From the NCBI GenBank assembly GCA_002269645.1, contig NIVC01004806.1, positions 1-34,715 on the forward strand: a stretch of DNA of 34,715 nt. Reading direction: 5' to 3'. Each line of letters begins with the position of its first letter. The first letter of the stretch is position 1. Under the pieces are notes generated by a model. It saw nothing but the letters and a program-made list of their open reading frames with translations, was not told where the DNA came from and did not search any database. This DNA is from Macrostomum lignano. Its lineage: Eukaryota. The translations under genes were made by a program, and so were the position numbers. Of this stretch, positions 13,425 to 23,724 are shown piece after piece.

Positions 13425-14502
13425 CTAATGTTGACCGGACTCATCAGCCGCGATGGGGAGCCTCAGCTTGCGCTTCTTCTCCTTGCAGCGCCGGTTCTGG
13501 AACCAGACTCGAACCACCCGGAGGGGCAGACCGGACAGCTCGGCCAGACGAACTTTGGTCAAAGTGTCCGGCCTCGAGCATTGCGAGTAGGCGTTGAGCA
13601 GCATCTGCTGCTGACTAAAGGTTAGAGTGGTACGAGGTTGTCTTGAGATCGGGCCAACAGTTGAGAATAGTAGCGTCGGGTTGCTATGGAAACCTGGCAC
13701 ATTTTGGTTTGACTGGTTTCCATGACAATCCATAACGTCTTGGGTTGGCTGGTTGCTATGCCAACCATTGTCGCCTCGGACTGCCGCGTCACCAACGTGA
13801 GCGCCATCGGTTTGGTTGCTAGGGTAGTCCTGATCCTGCGATATGTCCTCGTATTGGGCTATGTGCAGCGGCTGCTCCACCGGGCTACTTGTTGTATCCT
13901 GGTTGCCATGGTAACCCGGGCCAAATAGATCGCTTGGCCCCCGGTTGTCTAAATCTGAAATTAGTGCATAAGATGTGTTTTGAATACTCGTAAACTCGTT
14001 ACCAAGGCAACGGGGTTGGCTCGCTCACCAATAGTCTCCTCGCTGTCGACTCCATCATCGGCGGCCACTACTGGGTGGTCGGCGGCGCTGATCTGGTCGG
14101 CGGAGGCCCCGCAGGTCAGGGCGAAGTGGGCGAGGCAGAGCGGGCCGCGGCCGCAGGACAGGCCGAACAGCTCGCCAGTCTGCAGCCTGCGGTTGCAGTC
14201 GCCGCAGCGGAGACAATCGGCGTGGAAGATAAGGTCGCGAGCTCGAATCACATAGTCGTTACGGTGGATCACCAGGTTACAGGCGTGGCACCGAGGAGAG
14301 AAAAGACTGGAGTGGGTTGGGGAAGCGGTTTGATTAGATCAATTAATCAATCAATAAACCAACCAACCAACCAACCAACCAGCCAATCAATCAATCAATC
14401 AATCAGTCAATCAATCAGTCCATCAATCAATCAATCAATCAGTCAATCAATCAGTCAATCAATCAGTCAATCAATCAGTCAATCAATCAGTCAATCAATC
14501 AG

Positions 14503-14537
<35 letters not shown>

Positions 14538-14648
14538 GTCAATCAATCAGTCAATCAATCAGTCAATCAATCAATCAATCAACCAATCAATTAATCAACA
14601 AATCAATCAATCAATTGATCAATAAATTATTCAATCAATCAACCAACA

Positions 14649-14687
<39 letters not shown>

Positions 14688-14691
14688 TAAC

Positions 14692-14762
<71 letters not shown>

Positions 14763-15062
14763 CCAATCAATCAGTCAATCAATCAATCAATCAATCAATC
14801 AACTAACCAACCAACCAACCAACCAACCAACCAACCAACCAACCAACCAACCAACCAACCAACCAACCAACCAACCAACCAACCAACCAACCAACCAACC
14901 AACCAACCAACCAACCAACCAACTAACCAACCAACCAACCAACCAACCAACCAACCAGTCAATCAATCAATCAATCAATCAGTCAATCAATCAGTCCATC
15001 AATCAATCAATCAATCAATCAGTCAATCAATCAGTCAATCAATCAATCAGTCAATCAATCAG

Positions 15063-15106
<44 letters not shown>

Positions 15107-15167
15107 CCAATCAATTAATCAACAAATCAATCAATCAATTGATCAATAAATGAATCAATCAATCAAC

Positions 15168-15210
<43 letters not shown>

Positions 15211-15526
15211 CCAATCAATCAGTCAATCAATCAATCAATCAATCAATCAACTAACCAACCAACCAACCAACCAACCAACCAACCAACCAACCAACCAACC
15301 AACCAACAAACCAACCAACCAACCAACCAACCAACCAACCAACCAACCAACCAACCAACCAACCAACCAACCAACCAACCAACCAACTAACCAACCAACC
15401 AACCAACCAACCAACCAACCAGTCAATCAATCAATCAATCAATCAGTCAATCAATCAGTCCATCAATCAATCAATCAATCAATCAGTCAATCAATCAGTC
15501 AATCAATCAATCAGTCAATCAATCAG

Positions 15527-15570
<44 letters not shown>

Positions 15571-15631
15571 CCAATCAATTAATCAACAAATCAATCAATC
15601 AATTGATCAATAAATGAATCAATCAATCAAC

Positions 15632-15687
<56 letters not shown>

Positions 15688-15691
15688 TAAC

Positions 15692-15726
<35 letters not shown>

Positions 15727-16407
15727 CCAATCAATCAATCAATCGATCAATCAACCAATCAATCAGTCAATCAATCAATCAATCAATCAATCAACTAACC
15801 AACCAACCAACCAACCAACCAACCAACCAACCAACCAACCAACCAATCAGTCAATCAATTAATCAATCAATCAATAAAACCAATATACAAACAATCAATA
15901 AATTTATAAACCAATCAACGAATACTACAATCAATCAACGAAAAAACAAACGATCAATTAAACAATTAATCTTTAAATCTATTAATTAAACAGTCAAACA
16001 ATTGATCACTCTATCAATCCATCCATATTTATACACCTACTTATTACTTATCTCGTATTAATAAATAATAAGTATCTAAATTGGAGCTGTGATTCCCCAG
16101 CTGCTCACCTTCGGCAATGTCGGCTGCAGAAGTTCATTTCATTCCTTGAGTGGCAGACCCGTAACTTGGCCAGCTCCTTGCCGCAGGCGCAGCACAGCAG
16201 GCAGCCGCGGTGCCAGCACTGCTGGCCGGGACTCAGCTCAATAAGAAACTGATCGAGAATGGCGAAGCCGCAGCCGGAGCAAACGGGTGGCTGCTGCGGA
16301 GTCAGCGGCGACGGTCCGGCGGCTGGGAGACAATTTTGAGGATTGGCGTTGATGAAGAGGCGGGGGTTAAAGGTGGCGCCAACCATCAAATGAAATGGCG
16401 CCACCAT
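13425..16407 (-). CDS. isl: LIM-homeobox transcription factor, divergent Islet-like (LIM1-LIM2-homeodomain)
   Basis: Exons (16407 or acceptor at 16322)-16109, 14306-14029 and 13954-13425 with matching phases (2, 1). LIM1 [33 protein letters not shown] and LIM2 CHAC...[20 protein letters not shown] match Islet LIMs. Homeodomain ...[35 protein letters not shown] matches Islet [35 protein letters not shown]. LIM-HD class is near certain; the Islet subfamily is likely; the 5' start is uncertain. Confidence 0.88.
14337..15885. repeat. Compound (CAAT)n/(CAAC)n/(CAGT) microsatellite in the LIM-homeobox intron, with a higher-order triplication
   Basis: Directly visible. Rare landmarks GTCCATC (~14418, 14995, 15458) and AATTGATCAATAAAT (~14612, 15137, 15601) recur three times. 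Confidence 0.97.
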
Positions 16408-16545
16408 TTAAAAGAATAGCAACAACTCTCAAATAAAATGGCGCCACCTATCAAATGAAATGGCGCCAACCCTCAAATGAAAGGGCGCCAACCCTCAAAA
16501 AAATTAAATTATAATTGGCTTACCTTCATTCATTGGCGCCATTGT
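16374..16545. repeat. Short ~22-bp repeats containing (AAAT)GGCGCC at the 5' end of the LIM-homeobox gene
   Basis: Six GGCGCC sites in ~170 bp, several spaced 21-22 bp apart (GGCGCCAACCMTCAAATGAAAT). Confidence 0.75.
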
Positions 16546-16852
16546 CATTGATCGAGTATTGAAGCTATTCGACATTTCTTGGGACCGAAATGAAAGTCAG
16601 AATTTGTGCAACTTTTAAACACAGAAGTGTCTTGCGTTTTGGTTTAAAAATGAAAAAGGGTTCTTTTAATTATTTTTTTGGCTTGCAGGTTATTACAATG
16701 GTTCTGTTGGTTGGGGTTGCTGTAACCTGCGGCAGCCAATGATAGGAAGGGTTAGCCTGAAGCTGCAGGTCTCTACGAGAAGGTGAAAATGTGTGAAAAG
16801 TTTGAGCCGCATGTTTTTATGCTTACTTTTTAGCCCTATTAAAGATGGCAAT

Positions 16853-17411
16853 CGAGTAGGGATTTGAGCTGGGATTTGAGCAGAAGTTTGAGCAAATATT
16901 TGAGCAGTGATTTGAGCAGAAATTTGAGCAAAAGTTCGAGCAGGGATTTGAGCAGAAATTTGAGCAAAAGTTCGAGCAGGGATTTGAGCAGGGATTTGAG
17001 CAGGGATTTAAGCAGAGATTTGAGCAGAAGTTTGAGCAAATATTTGAGCAGGGATTTGAGCAGGGATTTGAGCAGGGATTTGAGCAGGGATTTGAGCAGG
17101 GATTTGAGCAGGGATTTGAGCAGGGATTTGAGCAGGGATTTGAGCAGGGATTTGAGCAGGGATTTGAGCAGGGATTTGAGCAGGGATTTGAGCAAAAGTT
17201 CGAGCAGGGATTTATGCAGGGATTTGAGCAGGGATTTGAGCAGAAGTTTGAGCAAATATTTAAGCAGGGATTTGAGCAGGGATTTGAGCAAGAAATTGAG
17301 CAAATATTTGAGCAGGGATTTATGCAGGGATTTATGCAGGGATTTATGCAAGGATTTATGCTGGAATTTGAGCATAGATTTGAGCAGAGATTTGAGCGGG
17401 GATTTGAGCAC
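16853..17411. repeat. 12-bp minisatellite (GAGCAGGGATTT)n, ~46 units
   Basis: Directly visible; the ORFs LLKS.../SRDL... are translations of it. Confidence 0.97.
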
Positions 17412-17896
17412 AGTATCTAACTAAGACTCAAAATGATTTTTTGTTCAATTTATTCTGATTTAATAGAACCTGTGTTTATGAACGAAATATAGAAAGGTCA
17501 TCGACTTAAATAATTTGAGACCTGCATTGTTCTCAGCTAATTATTGGTGGAAAGACAAAATGCAGAAAAAATCCGTGACATTTTTGAGGTGTGGATAAAG
17601 TTTTGCGTTACAGGTGAATGCAGCAGGAACTGAGCGGCGCAACCCCTGCAGCGATTTTGCTTGACACACTCGAAATAATTTTCTTTTAGAAAGCCTTCTA
17701 ATGGAGCCTTTGGTAGGCGTAGTCACGACTGACTCTTTTGTTGATGCAATTTTCTTACACTTATCACTCTGAGTCTGCTCTGTGCCTGTGCTCGCATCAG
17801 AGTCAGCGCCTCATCAGAGTGTGAGAATAAGAGGATGACAAAGGCTTTTCAATTTCGCCTTAAAATTCATATCTCAATGATGGTAAAACTTATAAT

Positions 17897-18241
17897 TTAT
17901 CAATCTCATTGCTTTTTATCAATCTTATTGCTTATCAATATCTCATTGCTTATCAATCCCATTGCTTATCAATCCGATTGCTTATCAATATCTCATTGCT
18001 TATCAATCCCATTGCTTATCAATATCCCATTGCTTATCAATCCCATTGCTTATCAATATCTCATTGCTTATCAATCCCATTGCTTATCAATATCCCATTG
18101 CTTATCAATCCCATTGCTTATCAATATCTCATTGCTTATCAATCCCATTGCTTATCAATATCCCATTGCTTATCAATCCCATTGCTTATCAATCTCATTG
18201 CTTATCAATCTCATTGCTTATCAATATCTCATTGCTTTCAA
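17897..18241. repeat. Alternating 16/18-bp repeat (ATTGCTTATCAATCCC / ATTGCTTATCAATATCTC), ~34-bp composite unit
   Basis: Directly visible. Confidence 0.95.
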
Positions 18242-18699
18242 TCTAAAAAAGCCTATCAGCTCAGGAAAATAAAACAGTAAGTCAGGACTTCAGTTTCAAT
18301 TTACCCGAAATGAATTTCTCAGAAGCTTTAATCATCACCCGCAAGCAGCTTCCAGTATGCAGGCTACCCGCATCTGAGCTGACGATGCAGCAGTCGTGAA
18401 AGAGGCTGGATGGGGGTGTCTGCCCGCCTGTGTTTATGGCGCTAATGAGTGCCCAAGAGCAATGTAGGATTAACTGCTGTGCTCAAATGACCCTCCCCCA
18501 GACTTCTCGAAGAGTCCCCAAAGAAGCTGATTATTTGAGTGGGCGGGGCTGGCAAAAACAGTGAGATGCAGGTGATCGCGTGTGTTTAATTATGGATAAA
18601 AATTGCTTCTTACACCTTTTCATTTTCTAATAGCCAGTGGAGTGGGTGGATTTTTAAAAGTAATAGCAACAATAATATTTAAATCACGAGGGTTGCAGG

Positions 18700-18750
18700 C
18701 ACCTCACACGCTCACACAGCGGCCCTTTGACTCTCTAATCGTCAGGAATG
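18700..18750 (-). mobile_element. Short 3' fragment of SINE family B
   Basis: CTCACACGCTCACACAGCGGCCCTTTGACTCTCTAATCGTCAGG resembles 5330-5380. Confidence 0.5.
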
Positions 18751-19005
18751 AGAATTTTTATCTCACATAAAGAGTTTTTTAAGCAAAAAATCTTAGTTTG
18801 CTACTTTTAGTAATGCAGTAAGCCTTTGTTGCTTTGATGCAAGATCGATGCATATTTCTGATTTATCCGTCTACAGGGGATTTTTGAGATATGATTATTA
18901 ATTTTTCTGAATTTTTCCCTCAATAGTTGAAGAATGCATTAAGCTCAGCATTTCTTCAGGTAATTTTATAACCAGGGCAGCATTAGTTAATGACTTAAAT
19001 TAATG

Positions 19006-19315
19006 AGTAGTTAGAGTGTTGGACTCATGAAAAGGTCGGGGGTTCGATTCTCGACCCAATTCGGAACAATTTGTGTCTTTGAGCAAGACACTTAAATAAA
19101 CATTGCTTCAGTTCACCCAGCTGTAAAATGGGTTGCCGTGCCAGCATTAGCTGGGTTAATTGGGGTAGCGTGTGGCGGCCCTCCCTCCAGTCCTTGGACT
19201 GAACAGCCGTACGCAGCCTTCAGATGCGCCGCGCAATGGCTGCGGCTGAGCTGTCGGTTGCACATCTGCCGACCGGTGTAATCATGAAATTATTATTAAT
19301 ATTAATATTATTTAT
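19006..19315 (+). mobile_element. tRNA-derived SINE, family A (CORE-like central domain), 5'-trimmed copy
   Basis: B-box GGTTCGATTC; central TTGTGTCTTTGAGCAAGACACTTAA...CAGTTCACCCAGCTGTAAAATGGG resembling the CORE domain of MIR-type SINEs; AT-rich tail; strongly similar to copies at 26930-27222 and 31011-31298. Confidence 0.88.
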
Positions 19316-20028
19316 ACACGTTAAAACATGTGAAAATGTGCTTATGCATATGGTTTTACCATAGACACAATCTACCATCTTAATGCTTTGACGTACTAGA
19401 AAACTTCAAGTTTCAAAACTTATATTGAACCATGTGTGCGTCTTGATGCATAAACTTTATTAAACCGTTTTCCTTAGAATTTTCACCTAAGCAGGTAAAT
19501 ATTAGAAGAAATTTTAGCTGTTTTTGTTCTCTTGGATTGTCAGTCTCGTAATATCGTATTGAAGCGGGCAGTTGCTACTGCTTGCAGACTTGAAATTGTA
19601 TTTGCGGAGAGCAAAAAGTTCTTACAAGCATGTGCGCACAATCAGGTTAAATAGGCCAACGTGCTAGTTAGTCAGTCAACCCCAACCCCCACGTAGCTCA
19701 GGCTGGGTGGGCGAACCCCCACCCCTAATCTCCGGGGTGGGTGGCGCATAGACGCGGCGTGATGAGGTGGGCGCGAGGGCACCTAAACGGCCGTCCTCAG
19801 GTGCGCTTGCACTCGTCCGCCACAGTATATTGAAAAAGAATTCAGAAGAAAACTTCGGATAGATGAACAAAATATGCTATTTTTACATAGAATAATTTAT
19901 TATTGAGGTTTAACTTCTGTCTAAAAAGTTCGCAAATATGAACAGGTAATTTTGATTTTAAAAATTGCTGGAAAGATTAGTGAATTAATAAATAAAGTTC
20001 ACATTTGAGTTGTCAATGTTGTTCAGTA

Positions 20029-20769
20029 TTAGTTCTGCAGACTGAACTTCACCCAGCCTGGGTTCGTCTCGATGCTCTCCTCCACTTGGGCATCCGTGAA
20101 CAGCAGCAGGCGGCAGTCGTGCAGCTTCCTGTGGTACAGCGCATGTCGGCAGGTTCTCGCTCGCATGCAGGCGGCCACGCAAGCGACCGAATTTTTCACC
20201 TTCTTCAGATCGCTATAGCAGTACTCGGTGTTGCGGTTGAAGTGCCGAGCCTTGAAAGCTGCTGGTCTCCAAGTGGTTTGACTCGAAGTTTCAGTCTGCA
20301 GCGCGGCGACGTATTCACACATGAAGCCGCGCAGGTTCGAGCAGGGGAGATCAGCCAACTTGCCCGGAGCATTTTGCTGCATGATTAAACAGTCCCGGTT
20401 TTTGTCAATATTATTAGGTTCTTCGGTCCCCCACAATGTATCATTAAGCGGCAGAACTCCTTTGTTGTTGATCAAATGCCAGCTAGACCTGCTCCTGTCT
20501 CTCTCGTCAGGCAAGTCGGTGACTCCAAGCCAAAGATGATTGGGAACCGAAATTGACATGCTGCCAAGCAGGATCAGGGTGCCGTAGTTGCTGACCAGCT
20601 CGCCTCCAATGGACATGCACTCAGCGTTCGCTTTGCACCACGTGTAACTGTTTAACTCACTAATATGGACGCACTTGCCAGCCCGGAGGCTGTAAGGCTG
20701 GGGGCACAAACTACCGAATGCCAGTGGCAGGAAATTTGCAAACCAAATATTCATTGAAAGCAAACGCAT
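20029..20769 (-). CDS. Secreted C-type lectin with C-terminal PAN/apple domain, intronless, 246 aa
   Basis: Hydrophobic N-terminus; CTLD cysteine pattern (CP..Y....KC, W..A..EC...GG.L, WLGVTD, W...EPN, DCL, LADLPC...FMCE); C-terminal PAN pattern SVACVAACMRARTCRHALYHRKLHDCRLL; single uninterrupted ORF. Confidence 0.93.
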   Translation of the reverse strand: MRLLSMNIWFANFLPLAFGSLCPQPYSLRAGKCVHISELNSYTWCKANAECMSIGGELVSNYGTLILLGSMSISVPNHLWLGVTDLPDERDRSRSSWHLINNKGVLPLNDTLWGTEEPNNIDKNRDCLIMQQNAPGKLADLPCSNLRGFMCEYVAALQTETSSQTTWRPAAFKARHFNRNTEYCYSDLKKVKNSVACVAACMRARTCRHALYHRKLHDCRLLLFTDAQVEESIETNPGWVKFSLQN

Positions 20770-21208
20770 TTTCCAGTCACTCGGCCAAAGGCTTTGACGA
20801 TTTTTAGTGGGACGAATTGTAAAGCTTTTAGGTGTCCTATCTGCTCGTTATACGTTATCGTATTTATCTAATCCACGGGTGCTTGAAAATGCTCCATAAA
20901 ATGAAAAAAATCCATCAAGCAATTCTATAAGGCAGTTCAGAAACCACTCTGACTATCATGAAAAATGGATCTGCTAGACTTCGAAATTAGGTTACGGTTG
21001 CGCCAACATGGGAGACACAAACACAATGACTGATACCTAATGACATAAAATGATTGACAGAAACATTTTAGATACTCATAGAGTTTCTCATTTCCAAAAA
21101 ATTGGCAGTTTGAAGTGCCCTTTAAACGGAATCTCTCACAGGCAAAAGCGTGAAACATTTTATCGTCATTTATGTGATATCTGGGAGCCAAAAACGTTAA
21201 AGACTTGC

Positions 21209-23535
21209 GTCTCAGTGTTTTAGAATCTCAGTGTCTCAATATCTCAGTATCTCAGTGTCTCAGTGTCTCAGTGTTTTAGAATCTCAGTGTCTCAGTGTCT
21301 CAGTGTCTCAGTGTCTCAGTGTCTCAGTGTTTTAGAATCTCAGTGTCTCAATATCTCAGTATCTCAGTGTCTCAGTGTCTCAGTGTTTTAGAATCTCAGT
21401 GTCTCAATATCTCAGTATCTCAGTGTCTCAGTGTCTCAGTGTTTTAGAATCTCAGTGTCTCAGTGTCTCAGTGTCTCAGTGTCTCAGTGTCTCAGTGTTT
21501 TAGAATCTCAGTGTCTCAATATCTCAGTATCTCAGTGTCTCAGTGTCTCAGTGTTTTAGAATCTCAGTGTCTCAATATCTCAGTATCTCAGTGTCTCAGT
21601 GTCTCAGTGTCTCAGTGTCTCAGTGTCTCAATATCTCAGTATCTCAGTGTCTCAGTGTCTCAGTGTCTCAGTGTCTCAGTGTCTCAATATCTCAGTATCT
21701 CAGTGTCTCAGTGTCTCAGTGTCTCAGTGTCTCAGTGTCTCAGTGTCTCAATATCTCAGTATCTCAGTGTCTCAGTGTCTCAGTGTCTCAGTGTCTCAGT
21801 GTCTCAGTGTCTCAGTGTCTCAGTATCTCAGTGTCTCAGTGTCTCAATGTCTCAGTAACTCAGTAACTCAGTGCCTCAGTATCTCAGTATCTCAGTGTCT
21901 CAGTATCTCAGTATCTCAGTGTCTCAGTATCTCAGTGTCTCAGTGTCTCAGTGTCTCATTTTCGCAGTGTCTCAGTGTCTCAGTGTCTCAATGTCTCAGT
22001 GTCTCAGTGTCTCAGTGTCTCAGTGTCTCAGTGTCTCAGTGTCTCAGTGTCTCAGTGTCTCAGTATCTCAGTGTCTCAGTGTCTCAGTGTCTCAGTGTCT
22101 CAGTGTCTCAGTGTCTCAGTGTCTCAATGTCTCAGTATCTCAGTGTCTCAGTGTCTCAGTGTCTCAGTGTCTCAGTGTCTCAGTGTCTCAGTGTCTCAGT
22201 GTCTCAGTATCTCAGTGTCTCAGTATCTCAGTGTCTCAGTGTCTCAGTGTCTCAGTATCTCAGTGTCTCAGTGTCTCAATATCTCAGTATCTCAGTGTCT
22301 CAGTGTCTCAGTGTCTCAGTGTCTCAGTGTCTCAGTGTCTCAGTATCTCAGTGTCTCAGTGTCTCAGTGTCTCAGTGTCTCAGTGTCTCAGTGTCTCAGT
22401 GTCTCAATATCTCAGTATCTCAGTGTCTCAGTGTCTCAGTGTCTCAGTGTCTCAGTGTCTCAGTGTCTCAGTGTCTCAGTGTCTCAGTATCTCAGTGTCT
22501 CAGTATCTCAGTGTCTCAGTTTCTCAGTATCTCAGTGTCTCAGTGTCTCAATATCTCAGTATCTCAGTGTCTCAGTGTCTCAGTGTCTCAGTGTCTCAGT
22601 GTCTCAGTGTCTCAGTGTCTCAGTGTCTCAGTGTCTCAGTGTCTCAGTATCTCAGTGTCTCAGTGTCTCAGTGTCTCAGTGTCTCAGTGTCTCAGTGTCT
22701 CAGTGTCTCAATATCTCAGTATCTCAGTGTCTCAGTGTCTCAGTGTCTCAGTGTCTCAGTGTCTCAGTGTCTCAGTGTCTCAGTGTCTCAGTATCTCAGT
22801 GTCTCAGTATCTCAGTGTCTCAGTGTCTCAGTGTCTCAGTATCTCAGTGTCTCAGTGTCTCAATATCTCAGTATCTCAGTGTCTCAGTGTCTCAGTGTCT
22901 CAGTGTCTCAGTGTCTCAGTGTCTCAGTGTCTCAGTGTCTCAGTATCTCAGTGTCTCAGTGTCTCAGTGTCTCAGTGTCTCAGTGTCTCAGTGTCTCAGT
23001 GTCTCAGTGTCTCAGTATCTCAGTGTCTCAGTGTCTCAGTATCTCAGTGTCTCAGTGTCTCAGTGTCTCAGTGTCTCAGTGTCTCAGTGTCTCAGTGTCT
23101 CAGTGTCTCAGTATCTCAGTGTCTCAGTGTCTCAGTATCTCAGTGTCTCAGTGTCTCAGTGTCTCAGTGTCTCAATGTCTCAGTATCTCAGTGTCTCAGT
23201 GTCTCAGTGTCTCAGTATCTCAGTGTCTCAGTGTCTCAATGTCTCAGTATCTCAGTGTCTCAGTGTCTCAGTATCTCAGTGTCTCAATGTCTCAGTATCT
23301 CAGTGTCTCAGTGTCTCAGTATCTCAGTGTCTCAGTGTCTCAGTATCTCAGTGTCTCAATGTCTCAGTATCTCAGTGTCTCAATGTCTCAGTATCTCAGT
23401 GTCTCAGTGTCTCAGTGTCTCAGTGTCTCAGTGTCTCAGTGTCTCAGTGTCTCAGTGTCTCAGTGTCTCAATGTCGCAGTGTCTCAGTGTCTCAGTGTCT
23501 CAGTGTCTCAGTGTCTCAGTGTCTCAGTGTCTCAG
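21209..23535. repeat. 8-bp microsatellite (GTGTCTCA)n, ~290 units, with GTATCTCA/ATATCTCA variants forming higher-order blocks
   Basis: Directly visible; the 500-660 aa SVSQCL ORFs are its translation. Confidence 0.98.
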
Positions 23536-23724
23536 AGCACAGTGCTGTAATGGATCATTAAGCTTCGCTTGTATTTTATAACTAAGCAGACAGAACACTT
23601 TAGATTTATTTTATTTCCATTAATCAGGAACTGAAATTAATACCCACTCAAATCCAAAGTAAACAAATTGAGTCATAATCTTCCTGTATGAAAAATTTGT
23701 TCAGCCCAGAACCGATTTTAAAAA

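Noticed and set aside
13437-13447. Hammerhead-like CTGATGAGTCC on the minus strand
   Set aside because: Lies inside the homeobox exon (codons A-D-E-S); the required GGAC-GAAA and stems I/III are absent.
16839-18280. Leu/Lys/Ser-rich and Ile/Leu-rich ORFs resembling coiled-coil or membrane proteins
   Set aside because: Translations of the 12-bp and 16/18-bp arrays.
18379-18401. CTGACGA...GAAA hammerhead-like spacing
   Set aside because: The intervening 12 nt cannot form stem II, and there are no flanking stems.
21463-23581. 500-660 aa Ser/Val/Gln/Cys-rich ORFs
   Set aside because: All three plus frames stay open only because the 8-bp unit lacks stops on that strand.
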